Part shown: positions 47,957-58,201 of the stretch, in pieces
Layout: each line of letters starts with the position of its first letter
Numbering within the stretch: position 1 is the stretch's first letter
From: Thermodesulfobacteriota bacterium
Lineage (GTDB): Bacteria > Desulfobacterota > Desulfarculia > JACQYL01
Length of the DNA stretch: 64,000 nucleotides
Assembly: GCA_963675595.2 (NCBI GenBank)
Contig: CAXXLZ010000003.1
Location: 32,001-96,000, forward strand
Direction: 5' to 3'
Made by a program: the position numbers and the translations under genes
The notes under the pieces: model-generated
The model's database searches: none
The model's input: the letters and a program-made list of their open reading frames with translations, nothing else
Told to the model about the DNA's origin: nothing

Positions 47957-48856
47957 CTATAGGTGTTTCAGGAACCAGTCTCGTTGGGCCGGGCTCGAAA
48001 TCTCAAAGGCGCGCCCGACGTAGGCTTCGAAATGGCCCCCGGGAAGCAGGAGAATCTTTTTGGGTTCGAGTGCCTGTTCGAACGCCTCGCAGGTAATCTC
48101 CGCGGGGACGAGCGTGTCGCCCAAAGCCACCACCAGCATGAAAGGCGTGGGACAGATGTTTCGAATGTACCAGCCGGGTTCGTATTCCGCAAAGAGCTCC
48201 ACGGACTGCAGAGTGATCGAGTTGCGCCAGGAGGGCGCGAGAGTCTTGCAGGTTTCCAGAAAGAACTGCCTGGAATCGTCCGTGGGCAAGGCACAGGGGT
48301 CCCCCGGCTGTTCTCCGACCACGGGAATCATGGCCGGAGGATTTCCCGCGTATCGGGAGGCTCGATCCGCATCGAAGCCTGCTCGAACTGCGGGAAACAA
48401 ATCGGAGCGAATCAGTCTTTTGGCGTTCCTGAGTCCGCTGACCAAAGGCACCTGGGAAACCACGCACTTAACCCGCCGGTCGATGGCTCCGACCACGATC
48501 ACGTGGCCGCCGCTGTAACTGGAACCCCAAATGCCGATTCGATTTTCGTCGACTTCGTCCATGGAGGATGCAAAGGTAATCGCATCTCTGTAGTCGGAAA
48601 TCTGCTTCCATGGATCGATGTGACCTCTGGGCTCACCGTCGCTTTCTCCGAGATTCCGGTTGTCATAAACCAGTGCGTTCAGGCCCGCCTTGGCAAATAC
48701 CTCCGCAAACTTGTCCAGATACATTTCTTTAGTGGCGGAGAATCCGTGGGCCATGACAACGGTCGGTGCCGCGCCCGTCGCTCCTTCGCCTGGATAAAAC
48801 CAACCCCTTAACGTCACGCCGTCCTCGGTTTTAAAGTTGATGTCCCTTCGCATCAT
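47957..48856 (-). CDS. Alpha/beta-fold hydrolase
   Basis: VMAHGF, GESDGEPR, WGSSYSGG nucleophile elbow and GGHF motifs. Confidence 0.9.
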   Translation of the reverse strand: MMRRDINFKTEDGVTLRGWFYPGEGATGAAPTVVMAHGFSATKEMYLDKFAEVFAKAGLNALVYDNRNLGESDGEPRGHIDPWKQISDYRDAITFASSMDEVDENRIGIWGSSYSGGHVIVVGAIDRRVKCVVSQVPLVSGLRNAKRLIRSDLFPAVRAGFDADRASRYAGNPPAMIPVVGEQPGDPCALPTDDSRQFFLETCKTLAPSWRNSITLQSVELFAEYEPGWYIRNICPTPFMLVVALGDTLVPAEITCEAFEQALEPKKILLLPGGHFEAYVGRAFEISSPAQRDWFLKHL

Positions 48857-49109
48857 CCCGGCTCCTTATGATGAAGAGTTGATGCCGCATTCCCCGTATG
48901 GCGATTTCCATCGGGGAATGTCACGCTTTGGGATCGATAGACCCATGAACCGTACAGGGTCGGGCCGGATAGATGAAGCCTTTGACGGTCGGCGGGGGTT
49001 TGAAACACTGCATCAGGTTCACGGACGTACCACGGATTCTGTCCATCGAGGACCGGCTCTCAACGATGGAGCCCGTGGTTTCGATGTGCCGTTCCGGCGT
49101 TGCCGGCTT

Positions 49110-50318
49110 CTACGCGATCACGTCTTCTTCCGCCAAAGAGTTCAGCTCGACGTCGGACATTCCCAGAACGAGCCGGAGGATTTCCGCGGTACTTTCACCC
49201 AGGAGAGGAGAACATGCGACCGGAGGAGCCGCGTTGTCCACTCGGATGGGAGAGCCCAAAACGGTCAGGCGTCCCCAGTCCGGATGGTCGATTTCCTGGA
49301 GAAATCCTCCGGCGCGTACGTGTTCGTTTCGAGCGATTTCCGTCGAATCCAAAACGGCTCCGCAGGGGATATTCTCAGCCGCGAGGGTTTCCATAACCTC
49401 GAACTTGTCCCGGGCGGCGACCCAGGCTCCGATCTTGCGGTCGATTTCCTCGCGGTGGTCAATGCGTTCTTCAATGGAAGGGATTTTTCGGCCCTCGTCG
49501 TTGGAGTCGGCTTCGATGATTTCCATCAATCTGCTGAAGGCGTGGTTGGAAATGGCGCAGATGGCGACATAGCCGTTTCGAGCTTGGTACAAATCCCAGG
49601 GAGTGACGTCCCGGAGTTGGTTACCCAGGCGCGGAGCCGGGCTCCCGTAGGCAATATGGGTTCCCAACAGAGATCGTCCCAGGTTGATGGCGGCTTCTTG
49701 AAGGGTGACCTCTACTTTTCCTCCTCGACCCGTGCAGGTGCGCCGATAGAGGGCCGCCGCTATGCCCAGTGCCAGGTAAGCGCCGCCGGAGGCATCCGCT
49801 ACGGTAGCCCCACAGCGGAGAGGCAACCCGCCTTCTTCTCCCGTAAGGCTCATGATGCCTCCCATGGCCTGGGCGGTCATGTCCAGGGACGGAAAGTGCG
49901 CATACGGACCTGTGGTCCCGTATCCGCTGACGGAGGCCAAGATCAATTTCGGGTACTTCTCCAAGAGAGACGGATCGTCCAGGGACAATTGCGAGCGCCT
50001 CCGGGAACCCACATTCTCGACCAGCACATCCGTTTGATCCAGCAAACGATGAAAGACCGCCCGGCCTCGCTCGCCGTCCAGATCGAGAGCCACGCTCTTC
50101 TTGTTCAAGTTCATCAAAACGAAATAGAGATCTTCCTTATTGCCCTTGTTGTGGAAGAGTCGCCGTCTCGCTCCGCCGTGCTTGGGACTCTCCACTTTGA
50201 TCACCTCCGCTCCGAGCAAAGCCAGAAGCAGGGTGCAGGTGGGTCCCGCCTCATACTGCGATAGGTCGAGAATGCGAACTCCCGAGAGGAGACTCTGTTG
50301 GGGAATGGTTTGGGACAA
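49110..50318 (-). CDS. Family III CoA-transferase (CaiB/BaiF; formyl-CoA transferase-like)
   Basis: GVRILDLSQYEAGP, LGAEVIKVE, NLNKKSV, catalytic Asp in TVAD and PLLGE motifs. Confidence 0.92.
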   Translation of the reverse strand: MSQTIPQQSLLSGVRILDLSQYEAGPTCTLLLALLGAEVIKVESPKHGGARRRLFHNKGNKEDLYFVLMNLNKKSVALDLDGERGRAVFHRLLDQTDVLVENVGSRRRSQLSLDDPSLLEKYPKLILASVSGYGTTGPYAHFPSLDMTAQAMGGIMSLTGEEGGLPLRCGATVADASGGAYLALGIAAALYRRTCTGRGGKVEVTLQEAAINLGRSLLGTHIAYGSPAPRLGNQLRDVTPWDLYQARNGYVAICAISNHAFSRLMEIIEADSNDEGRKIPSIEERIDHREEIDRKIGAWVAARDKFEVMETLAAENIPCGAVLDSTEIARNEHVRAGGFLQEIDHPDWGRLTVLGSPIRVDNAAPPVACSPLLGESTAEILRLVLGMSDVELNSLAEEDVIA

Positions 50319-50346
50319 GAGCCGCTCCTTTCAAGGGACGAGCATA

Positions 50347-51195
50347 TCACGTCATCACGAGGCCGCCTGAGACACTGATGGTCTGCCCGGTGATGTAAGC
50401 CCCCAAGTCGGAGGCCAGGTAGGCGATCATAAGGGCCAGTTCTTCGGGCTCGCTGTAACGACGCAACGGAACCAATTTCAGAGTCTTATCGAGCTTGGTG
50501 ATGGCGTCCTTGCTGGAGCTTTTTAGGTCATCGATTTCCTGGACTCCGATGGAAACACAATTGCAGGTGATTTTGTATCGAGCCAATTCTTGGGCCAAGG
50601 AACGGGTGAACGAACTCACCGCGGCTTTGAGCGCTCCATACAGGGACATTCTGGGAACCCCGATCCGAGCGGTGTCGGATACCATGTGGATGATCCGACC
50701 GAATTCTCGTTCCTTCATGAAAGGAATCACCGACTGGGACCAGATCAACACGCTTTCGAGTACGTTTCGGTATTGAGCCTCCCATTCGGAACGTTCTTGC
50801 TCTTCGAAGGGCTTGAGATGATACATGAATTCGAGCAAGCCAAGGTCCGTGGCCAGGGCGTCGATTCGGCCCTCCCGTTCCATGACCCCCTGAAGAAAAT
50901 TCCGTATGGACGTGGCGTCCGAGTAATCTAGTACTTGCGTGTGGAGCCGGGGACCGAATAGTTCCTCACATTCCCTCGAGACGATATCGATCACCTTGGG
51001 GTTGGTATCCACTGCATAAACCACGGCCTCCTCGGCCATCAATATCTGGCAAAGCTCACTGGGGATGCATTTGCCGGACTTGTGGGATACAACCACCACC
51101 ACTCGGTCTTTGAGACCGTTGTTTCTCAGCGTCAGGAATTGTTCCTCGGCCTGTCGTCTGCTTTGCGGGGTGTCCAGGTTGCAACGAGATGTCAT
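50347..51195 (-). CDS. Atypical short-chain dehydrogenase/reductase (degenerate cofactor motif)
   Basis: YGALK, LAQEL and YITGQTISVSGG present; TGxxxGxG and NNAG absent. Confidence 0.8.
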   Translation of the reverse strand: MTSRCNLDTPQSRRQAEEQFLTLRNNGLKDRVVVVVSHKSGKCIPSELCQILMAEEAVVYAVDTNPKVIDIVSRECEELFGPRLHTQVLDYSDATSIRNFLQGVMEREGRIDALATDLGLLEFMYHLKPFEEQERSEWEAQYRNVLESVLIWSQSVIPFMKEREFGRIIHMVSDTARIGVPRMSLYGALKAAVSSFTRSLAQELARYKITCNCVSIGVQEIDDLKSSSKDAITKLDKTLKLVPLRRYSEPEELALMIAYLASDLGAYITGQTISVSGGLVMT

Positions 51196-51415
51196 TTTTC
51201 CTCCCTAGGGACCGCGTAGAACATGATTTTGTAAATCCACCCGAATCCATAGGGTACGTGATTTTTGATGCAGGATCGAGTCATCGGTTTCTTACTCCGG
51301 TTCGGCGGTTTCATTCGGGTCACCGCCGGGTGAAACGAATGGTGAAATGTTCGGATATTCTGAACGAACCGTTCAAGTGGAACGTGGCGGTGTCACAAAC
51401 CATCCCCGTAGACAA

Positions 51416-51431
51416 AGCAACATCCATGCCA
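51416..51431 (-). promoter_or_regulatory. sigma54 -24/-12 promoter for the SDR/CoA-transferase arm
   Basis: TGGCATGGATGTTGCT (GG-N10-GC). Confidence 0.75.
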
Positions 51432-51513
51432 CCTGCCGGTAGGATGTGACGCGTCTCGTCCTATAGTAACCGGGTCCCGTTTCTTTCGTTGGAGTTCGGC
51501 TATTCCTTGAAAC

Positions 51514-51529
51514 TGGTATGCTTCTTGAA
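51514..51529 (+). promoter_or_regulatory. Possible degenerate sigma54 promoter for the two-component genes
   Basis: TGGTATGCTTCTTGAA (-12 GC changed to GA). Confidence 0.35.
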
Positions 51530-51618
51530 CTACCATTCCGACAGGTTTCCTATGAGCCGAGAATGTGGCAAGGGTGATTCAGGCAGGTCCGCTTAGACGG
51601 GGCGCGAGGAGAGAGGAC

Positions 51619-53886
51619 ATGTATATCATCGATTTTAATCCCTTCCAGTATGAGGGGCTGTCTCAGACGGACGAGGGCGACGCCCCCGTTTCGGACGGAT
51701 TCGCGTTTCCCTACGGGCGATCGAACGGCGCGAGAAAAGCCTCGGATCCTGTGGAAACCATGAACAATGAGCTTCTTTCCGAGCTTGTAGAGAGAACGAA
51801 ACTCATTGCCAGCCTGAACAATATCAGTCCCCTTCCGTTGGAAGGAATGACGCTGGACAAGGTGCTCAGCACCATTTTGAACAATATGCTTCACTGTTTC
51901 GGCTACTACCGGGGCATCGTTTATCTTTGGGACAAGAAGAAGGAAAACCTCGCATGCCATGCCACAGCGGGCATGAGCCCGGACAGCGAACGTATTGTAC
52001 GTTCGAGGCCTCTAAGCGCCCGCAGACATGACTGCATTGAAATTCGCGCCGCCCGGACCTCCACGTATACGTTCACAGAGGACCCGACCAACGGCACGGA
52101 ACTGACCGACGTGGACCGAAAGATTTCGGAGCAGCACGGCGGCCGGGGCTCGGTCCTTTACGTTCCCTTGCGCTCCAAAGGCGAAACGTTCGGTATCATG
52201 GGCGTCGAACGGTTTCCGACGCCGAACAGGGAGTGCCCCGAACAGTTCCAGATTACGGAAAAAGATATCAAGTCCCTGATGCTGTTCACCAACCATGCCA
52301 GCATAGCTATCGAGAATGCCAGGCTTCACGAACAGAACCAAAGGAAGATCGACTACTTGTACAAATTGCAGTCGGTGTATCAAGAACTGAACACTCTTAT
52401 GGACCTCCGGCGACTCACTGAACGGGTTCTGGAGGGGGGACTGTGCATCAGCGGTGCTGAAACAGGGATTTTTTGGGACGTGCATGAAGACGGGTGTGAA
52501 GTGCTGGTGGATGCGGCTTGTGGCTACCCGCAATGGGTGAGGAGAGGCATGGGCGTCTCCTGCAAGAATGATGATTTTCAGTACATAATCCGGCAGAAGG
52601 AAGCCGTGGCCTTTCGGCAACCCGCCCCGTTCCTCAGAGAAATTCCGTGCCTTCGGCCCGGCGCAACCTCGATCCTGTTGCCCATCGAGTTCGATGACAG
52701 GGTTGCGGCCATTCTGCAGTTGGACCTTCCGGACGGTAGCGGGATGGACGACACCGCTACGGAGGTCTTGAAGATCTACTCTTCTCAGGCCGGTAAGCTC
52801 CTCGAAAACGTGAAGCTATACAATCAGTTGCTTGTGGAGAAACGTTTTACGGACAACGTCAGGAACAGTCTGGGGATTGGGCTTCTTATCACGGACAAAT
52901 ATGGTAATATTCGCTCTATTAATCCAAAAACACGCGATGTTTTTAATATTAACGGGGCTGATCTCGTCAGAAAGAATATGGTTTCCGTATTCAAGGGAAA
53001 ACGACGTTTCGTATCCGACATCGTCCAAGACGTCATGTCCACTAAAACGGACATGGAGCGAGAGGTGGTCTACGAGACCGGTGTGGGAACCCTGATCCTG
53101 AAACTTTCCGCGTTTGTCGTGCACGATGAAGCGCGAAGTTTGGTCGGTGTGACGACTTTTATCCAGGATATTACCGAAAAGAAGAAACTGGCGGATTCGC
53201 TGAACCGGATGGAGAAGATGGCCGCCATGGGAACGATGGCCGCGGGGGTGGCTCATGAACTCAGGAATCCTCTCAGCGGTATTTATGCGGCGGTGCAGAC
53301 GCTTTCGAAGGAACTGATACTGACCGACGATCAACGTGAAGAAATCAACGACGTCCTGTCCGAAGTGGACCGGATGGAGATACTGATTCGCGAAATACTC
53401 CAAATATCAAGACCGGTTAACCTGAGGATATCACGAACGGATATCAACGGCCTGCTGCGTAGTTCAATCGTGGGGCTCCGAGAGAGCTTCCAGGAGAAGA
53501 AGATCAAAGTGGTGGAGCATCTGGATCCCCTCTTGCCTTTGGTCCAAGCCGACGGCGATTTGTTGAGGCACGTCTTCCAGAATCTCCTTCTGAACGCGGT
53601 CGACGCCGATCCGGAAGAAGGCGTGGTCGAAGTCGATACGCGATGTGTTTCTTCCTATATTCATACCGGAGAGAGACTCGTGGAAATCCAGATCTCGGAT
53701 AACGGTTCCGGCGTGGCTGAGGAAAACCTCTCAAAGATCTTCGATCCGTTCTTTACCACGAAAAATCACGGCACCGGCCTGGGATTGACCATATGTCAAA
53801 AGATCATCCAGGAACACGATGGTGAGATCTATGTGACACAACTCCCGGGACAGGGCAGCAGTTTTACGGTACGTCTGAAATTATGA
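51619..53886 (+). CDS. Cytoplasmic GAF-GAF-PAS sensor histidine kinase
   Basis: AHELRNPL H-box; NLLLNA, DNGSG, FDPFFTTK and GTGLGL; GAF signatures AIENARLHE and LLENVKLY; no TM helix. Confidence 0.93.
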   Translation: MYIIDFNPFQYEGLSQTDEGDAPVSDGFAFPYGRSNGARKASDPVETMNNELLSELVERTKLIASLNNISPLPLEGMTLDKVLSTILNNMLHCFGYYRGIVYLWDKKKENLACHATAGMSPDSERIVRSRPLSARRHDCIEIRAARTSTYTFTEDPTNGTELTDVDRKISEQHGGRGSVLYVPLRSKGETFGIMGVERFPTPNRECPEQFQITEKDIKSLMLFTNHASIAIENARLHEQNQRKIDYLYKLQSVYQELNTLMDLRRLTERVLEGGLCISGAETGIFWDVHEDGCEVLVDAACGYPQWVRRGMGVSCKNDDFQYIIRQKEAVAFRQPAPFLREIPCLRPGATSILLPIEFDDRVAAILQLDLPDGSGMDDTATEVLKIYSSQAGKLLENVKLYNQLLVEKRFTDNVRNSLGIGLLITDKYGNIRSINPKTRDVFNINGADLVRKNMVSVFKGKRRFVSDIVQDVMSTKTDMEREVVYETGVGTLILKLSAFVVHDEARSLVGVTTFIQDITEKKKLADSLNRMEKMAAMGTMAAGVAHELRNPLSGIYAAVQTLSKELILTDDQREEINDVLSEVDRMEILIREILQISRPVNLRISRTDINGLLRSSIVGLRESFQEKKIKVVEHLDPLLPLVQADGDLLRHVFQNLLLNAVDADPEEGVVEVDTRCVSSYIHTGERLVEIQISDNGSGVAEENLSKIFDPFFTTKNHGTGLGLTICQKIIQEHDGEIYVTQLPGQGSSFTVRLKL

Positions 53887-55247
53887 GATTACTGATCGTC
53901 GACGATGAAAAGCTGATTCGCAACTCCCTGAAACGGCACTTTCAGAGTGAGGGTTATCAGGTTTTCCTCGCGGAAAACGCACAAAGAGCCCTTGCCTCCT
54001 ACCGGGAATACAGTCCCGAGATGGTGCTTCTGGACATACGTCTTCCCGATGGAAACGGACTCGATGTTCTTCGACAGATTCGGGATATCAACCCTGAAGC
54101 GGCCGTGATTCTCATTACTGCCTATGGTGGTATCAAGTCGGCCGTGGAAGCCATCAAGGAAGGGGCTCAGGACTACATTACCAAACCTTTCGACGTTGAA
54201 GAGCTTTCGTTTACCGTCCGAAAAAGCAGTGAACTTCTCCGCTTGAGAGAAGAGCTGAAGGTCATCAAGGAGAGTAGGGCGGAAAAATACGCTTTCGGGA
54301 AGATCGTTGCGCGATGCGCCAATATGCAGAAAGTTTTCGGGGAAGCTCGGAAAGTGGCCATGACGGACAACGCCACCGTTATTGTGCGGGGAGAGAGCGG
54401 CACGGGCAAAGAGTTGCTTACAAGGGCCATTCATTACAACAGCCCTCGAAAAGACCTGCCTTTCGTTGTGGTCAACTGTGCTTCCCTGCCTGAAAACCTG
54501 CTCGAGAGCGAACTCTTCGGCTATGAGAAAGGAGCCTTCACCGGAGCGGTCAAACGAAAGATCGGACTTCTCGAGACGGCGGACAAGGGCACCATATTTC
54601 TGGATGAGATCGGAGACATCAGTCCGAGCACGCAGGTTAAGCTGCTCAGGTTCCTTCAGGAACAGGAATTTCACCGTCTCGGAGGTCTTCGTGCGGAAAA
54701 GGTCAACGTTCGTGTGGTGGCGGCGACCAATCGGAATTTAGAAAGTGATATCGAAAAGGGATTTTTTCGGGAGGACCTTTACTATCGATTGCACGTCTTT
54801 CCTATTTTTATTCCGCCTCTCCGTGAACGCAGAGAGGATATCCCTCTGCTCGCCAAGCATTTTCTCGGCAACTTCAATCGAGAATTCGGCAAAGCGGTGG
54901 TGGGGTTCGCCTCCGAGGCCATGGCGGCGCTCGAGAGTTACCAATGGAAGGGAAATGTTCGAGAACTGAAGAACGTGATTGAGCGATCCGTGATATTGGC
55001 CGAGGGTCGCTGGATTCTCGCTTCTCTCCTTCCCACTGAGGTGCGGGGCAACACTTCGCCGGTGGCGGAGCCGGACTTCCTGTCCGGCCCGGTTTCGGAA
55101 GGGACGATACTGCCTCTGGAGGAGCTGGAACTCCGCTATGTGAAAAAGGTGCTTGAATTCACGGGTGGAAATAAGAGCCAAGCCTGCAATTATTTGGGGA
55201 TCACCCGGAAACGCCTCCGACGAAAATTGGCTAAGGAGGGCCTGTAA
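53883..55247 (+). CDS. sigma54-dependent response regulator (NtrC/AtoC family)
   Basis: Receiver domain; GESGTGKE, GAFTGA, FLDEIG, WKGNVREL and a Fis-type HTH. Confidence 0.96.
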   Translation: MRLLIVDDEKLIRNSLKRHFQSEGYQVFLAENAQRALASYREYSPEMVLLDIRLPDGNGLDVLRQIRDINPEAAVILITAYGGIKSAVEAIKEGAQDYITKPFDVEELSFTVRKSSELLRLREELKVIKESRAEKYAFGKIVARCANMQKVFGEARKVAMTDNATVIVRGESGTGKELLTRAIHYNSPRKDLPFVVVNCASLPENLLESELFGYEKGAFTGAVKRKIGLLETADKGTIFLDEIGDISPSTQVKLLRFLQEQEFHRLGGLRAEKVNVRVVAATNRNLESDIEKGFFREDLYYRLHVFPIFIPPLRERREDIPLLAKHFLGNFNREFGKAVVGFASEAMAALESYQWKGNVRELKNVIERSVILAEGRWILASLLPTEVRGNTSPVAEPDFLSGPVSEGTILPLEELELRYVKKVLEFTGGNKSQACNYLGITRKRLRRKLAKEGL

Positions 55248-55284
55248 TCGGACCGTTGGGAATTTGCGCAAGTGTTTTCACAAT

Positions 55285-55403
55285 TGGGTCATTTCGAACC
55301 AAAGCACTGGGTCGAATCGACCCAGCTAGGCTGATGACCGAGGCACCGTTGATCCGGCCGATTTTCACCTTCGGTCTTTTACGGGATGGACCGTTTTGAC
55401 CCA
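55285..55403. promoter_or_regulatory. Three palindromic upstream activator sites, consensus TGGGTC-N5-GACCCA
   Basis: 55285-55301 TGGGTCatttcGAACCA; 55308-55324 TGGGTCgaatcGACCCA; 55387-55403 TGGACCgttttGACCCA. Confidence 0.7.
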
Positions 55404-55467
55404 CCACACATGGCAGGGATTCACCTTGCCGCCGTCTTCCCGCCTTTAGGTTTCTATTTCTCTAAAA

Positions 55468-55480
55468 AATCAATAGGTTA
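55468..55480 (+). promoter_or_regulatory. IHF binding site
   Basis: AATCAATAGGTTA matches WATCAANNNNTTR, with an upstream A/T tract. Confidence 0.65.
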
Positions 55481-55486
55481 ACTTCC

Positions 55487-55502
55487 TGGTACGGTTCTTG
55501 TT
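55487..55502 (+). promoter_or_regulatory. sigma54 promoter (variant -12) for the reductase/dehydratase operon
   Basis: TGGTACGGTTCTTGTT immediately downstream of the IHF site. Confidence 0.55.
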
Positions 55503-55629
55503 TGCAGAGTTTGGTCACGGAGCTTTCGTCCCGAGGCCGTGAGTGAGTGGTTATGAGCAGGCCACGAATCGTTCGGCGAATCCGGAAAAGGCTCGCGTTC
55601 CAACGATATTCTCCCCGAGGAGTGAAATC

Positions 55630-57006
55630 ATGGCAGAGCAGACGGCGAAAACCGCACCGAGCAAGAAATCCTTGCAGACGGCGAGAGAAGTCTGGCCCTA
55701 CGTGAAGGAAGAATACGCCGCCGCGCATCGGGCCAAGGCGGAAGGCAAACCCATAGTCTGGTCTTGTGCCGTCTTGCCCAAAGAACTGTATTGGGCCATG
55801 GACGTGCATCCGGTATTCCCGGAGCACTATGCGGTCATCACGGGGATGATGCGTCGAGGCGGGAGCAAGGACGAGAACGTCGAGAAGGAAGCCGTGCGGT
55901 TTGCACGTGTGGCGGAGTCGGCCGGATTTTCCAGCTATCTTTGCGGATACGCCCGATCAAGCATCGGCTATACAATGTTGGGAGATTTCGAGGACGCTCC
56001 GCTGGGCGGCCTGCCCAAGCCGGACATGATCATTTCCACCAGTTTTGTTTGTGACCTCCGGGGAAAGTGGCTCCGGTACTTGGCTCAAAAACTGGACGTT
56101 CCGTTCTACGTTCTGGATGTGCCGGAGCGTGGGTGCGATATGGCGTTGATTCAGCCGGGTCTCCGCTCTGCGCTTCTGCCCTTTTACAACAAGATACGGC
56201 GTGGTGAAAGGGATCTGTTTGTTTCGCCCGTGGCGGATCACGAGCTTGATTACACGGAAACTCAGTGGCGCGAGCTGATCCGCTTTATCGAAGAGGTCAC
56301 CGGTCACAAGTACGACCAGGACAGGTTCAACGAGGTCATGGAGACCTCCTACAGGACCAACGAAATCCGACTGGAAATTCTGGAGCTGAGGAAGGCGCGT
56401 CCGGCGCCCATGGGTGTGGCCGACGGTCTTTCCACCATGTATCCGGGCCTTTACACGACCGGCACCCAAAAAGCCTACGACTTCTATGTCCGTCTGCGGG
56501 ATGAATTGAAAGCTCGCGTGGCCAAAAACGAGGGCATCATTCCCAACGAGCGGTTCCGGCTTCTGTGGATGGGACTAGCTCCCTGGTTCAACATGTCGTT
56601 ATTCAACTACTTTGAGAAGTACGGCGGTGTGTTCGTATTCGAGCCCATCTATAATATGGTGCCTTTTCCTCCACGGACACCGGAGAATCCCATTCGAGAG
56701 CTGACCATCCGGACCATGCAACAGGCCGGTGGCATCATCGCTCCCAACATGGTGGGACAGGCCGTTTCCACCATGGTCAACGCGGCTCACGAATATCAAT
56801 GTGCGGGCGCGGTGCTCTTCTATCTCATAACTTGTCGACCCGTCGTCTATCCCACCACGGAGATCGCCCGGGTCCTGCAGGAGGACTTCGGCATACCTTC
56901 CGTACCTCTTGAATGCGACCTCATCGACGAGCGGACCTATTCCGAAGCACAGACCTTCGCCCGGTTCGACGCTTTTGCTGAACAGCTCCTCAAGGCGGCC
57001 GCCTGA
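55630..57006 (+). CDS. 2-hydroxyacyl-CoA dehydratase / benzoyl-CoA reductase-family subunit (HgdA/BcrB/BzdO-like)
   Basis: GKPIVW, FPEHY, LCGY, PKPD....SFVCD, TCRP and ECD..D.R motifs. Confidence 0.88.
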   Translation: MAEQTAKTAPSKKSLQTAREVWPYVKEEYAAAHRAKAEGKPIVWSCAVLPKELYWAMDVHPVFPEHYAVITGMMRRGGSKDENVEKEAVRFARVAESAGFSSYLCGYARSSIGYTMLGDFEDAPLGGLPKPDMIISTSFVCDLRGKWLRYLAQKLDVPFYVLDVPERGCDMALIQPGLRSALLPFYNKIRRGERDLFVSPVADHELDYTETQWRELIRFIEEVTGHKYDQDRFNEVMETSYRTNEIRLEILELRKARPAPMGVADGLSTMYPGLYTTGTQKAYDFYVRLRDELKARVAKNEGIIPNERFRLLWMGLAPWFNMSLFNYFEKYGGVFVFEPIYNMVPFPPRTPENPIRELTIRTMQQAGGIIAPNMVGQAVSTMVNAAHEYQCAGAVLFYLITCRPVVYPTTEIARVLQEDFGIPSVPLECDLIDERTYSEAQTFARFDAFAEQLLKAAA

Positions 57007-57029
57007 TCTTGCGGCAAGGAGAATGACAC

Positions 57030-58196
57030 ATGGCGAGTTTTTTCCAGGAGTGGGTGGAGTATCGACACGAAAAAGTCAGGCAATGGAAAGAGGACACGGG
57101 CGGGAAGGCTTACGGATACCTGTGTTGCATGACGCCCGAGGAAATCTTGTATGCGGCCGGCGTTCTGCCCGCGAAGGTGATGGGAGCGGGTGAGGCGCCC
57201 CAGGAGATCGTCGACAAGCATCTTGTGCGTTACGCATGTCCCTATGTGAGAAGCATGCTCGACGCGGCGGGACGTGGGGAATATTCGTACCTGGATTCCG
57301 TGGTGGTCTGTAACAGCTGCGACATCATGTCTCGAGTCGAGTACTACTGGCGGACCATGAAACCGCATCCCAAATCCACCATATTGGGGGTGGAGCTGTC
57401 GCCGTACGTTTTGTACATCAAGAGTCCCGAAAAGATCTCCGGACCCGGCGTCCACGAATATCTTCGTTCCGAGTTCCGTATTTTCAAGCAACATTTGGAG
57501 AGGGACACCAAACAGGTAATCACGGACGATATGCTCGAATCGGCAATCTCGGTCTACAACGAGCATTACGACCTGATGAGAAAGCTTCACGACTTGAGGA
57601 AAGAGGAACCCCTCAAGGTGTCGGGCAGCGAGGCTTTCGTGATCGAGCTTTCGTCTCTGTTGATGCGTAAAGACCTTCATAACCAAAAGCTGGCCGCCCA
57701 CTTGAAGAACATCGAGACTCGGGAGCCTCTTTCGGGAAACCCCGTCCGGCTGTTTCTTTCGGGTGGAGGTGTGGACCACTTTACCGGACAAATTTACACG
57801 GTCATCGAGGAGGCGGGCGGACAGGTGGTGGCTGAAGACATCGGTGTGGGATCGAGCTGGTTCGGCCACGGGATCGACACCGACAAGCCTCCCATGGATG
57901 CCATCGTGGCTCACCGACTCGATGTTCATTGTCCCCACACCATGACTTCCGAACGTCACCCCAGGGAACGGTTCGAATACGTGAAATCCAAGATTAAGGA
58001 CGCGAATGTCAAAGGGGCGGTGTTCTTCGTCCCCATGTACTGCGAATGCCGGAATCTGGAGTACCCGTTTATCAAAGAAGGCCTCCGGGACGAGTTGGGG
58101 ATTCCCACGCTCTATCTGGACAGCGACTACAGTCAGGGATCGCTGGACGAAGCCGTTTCGAAGATCGAGGCCTTCATCGAGATGCTTGAGGAATAA
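57030..58196 (+). CDS. Benzoyl-CoA reductase / dehydratase-family subunit (BzdN/BcrC/HgdB-like)
   Basis: RHE..RQWK.TGG, PEEILYAAG, CPY, NSCD, YCEC and KIEAFIEML motifs. Confidence 0.88.
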   Translation: MASFFQEWVEYRHEKVRQWKEDTGGKAYGYLCCMTPEEILYAAGVLPAKVMGAGEAPQEIVDKHLVRYACPYVRSMLDAAGRGEYSYLDSVVVCNSCDIMSRVEYYWRTMKPHPKSTILGVELSPYVLYIKSPEKISGPGVHEYLRSEFRIFKQHLERDTKQVITDDMLESAISVYNEHYDLMRKLHDLRKEEPLKVSGSEAFVIELSSLLMRKDLHNQKLAAHLKNIETREPLSGNPVRLFLSGGGVDHFTGQIYTVIEEAGGQVVAEDIGVGSSWFGHGIDTDKPPMDAIVAHRLDVHCPHTMTSERHPRERFEYVKSKIKDANVKGAVFFVPMYCECRNLEYPFIKEGLRDELGIPTLYLDSDYSQGSLDEAVSKIEAFIEMLEE

Positions 58197-58201
58197 CCGG
58201 A

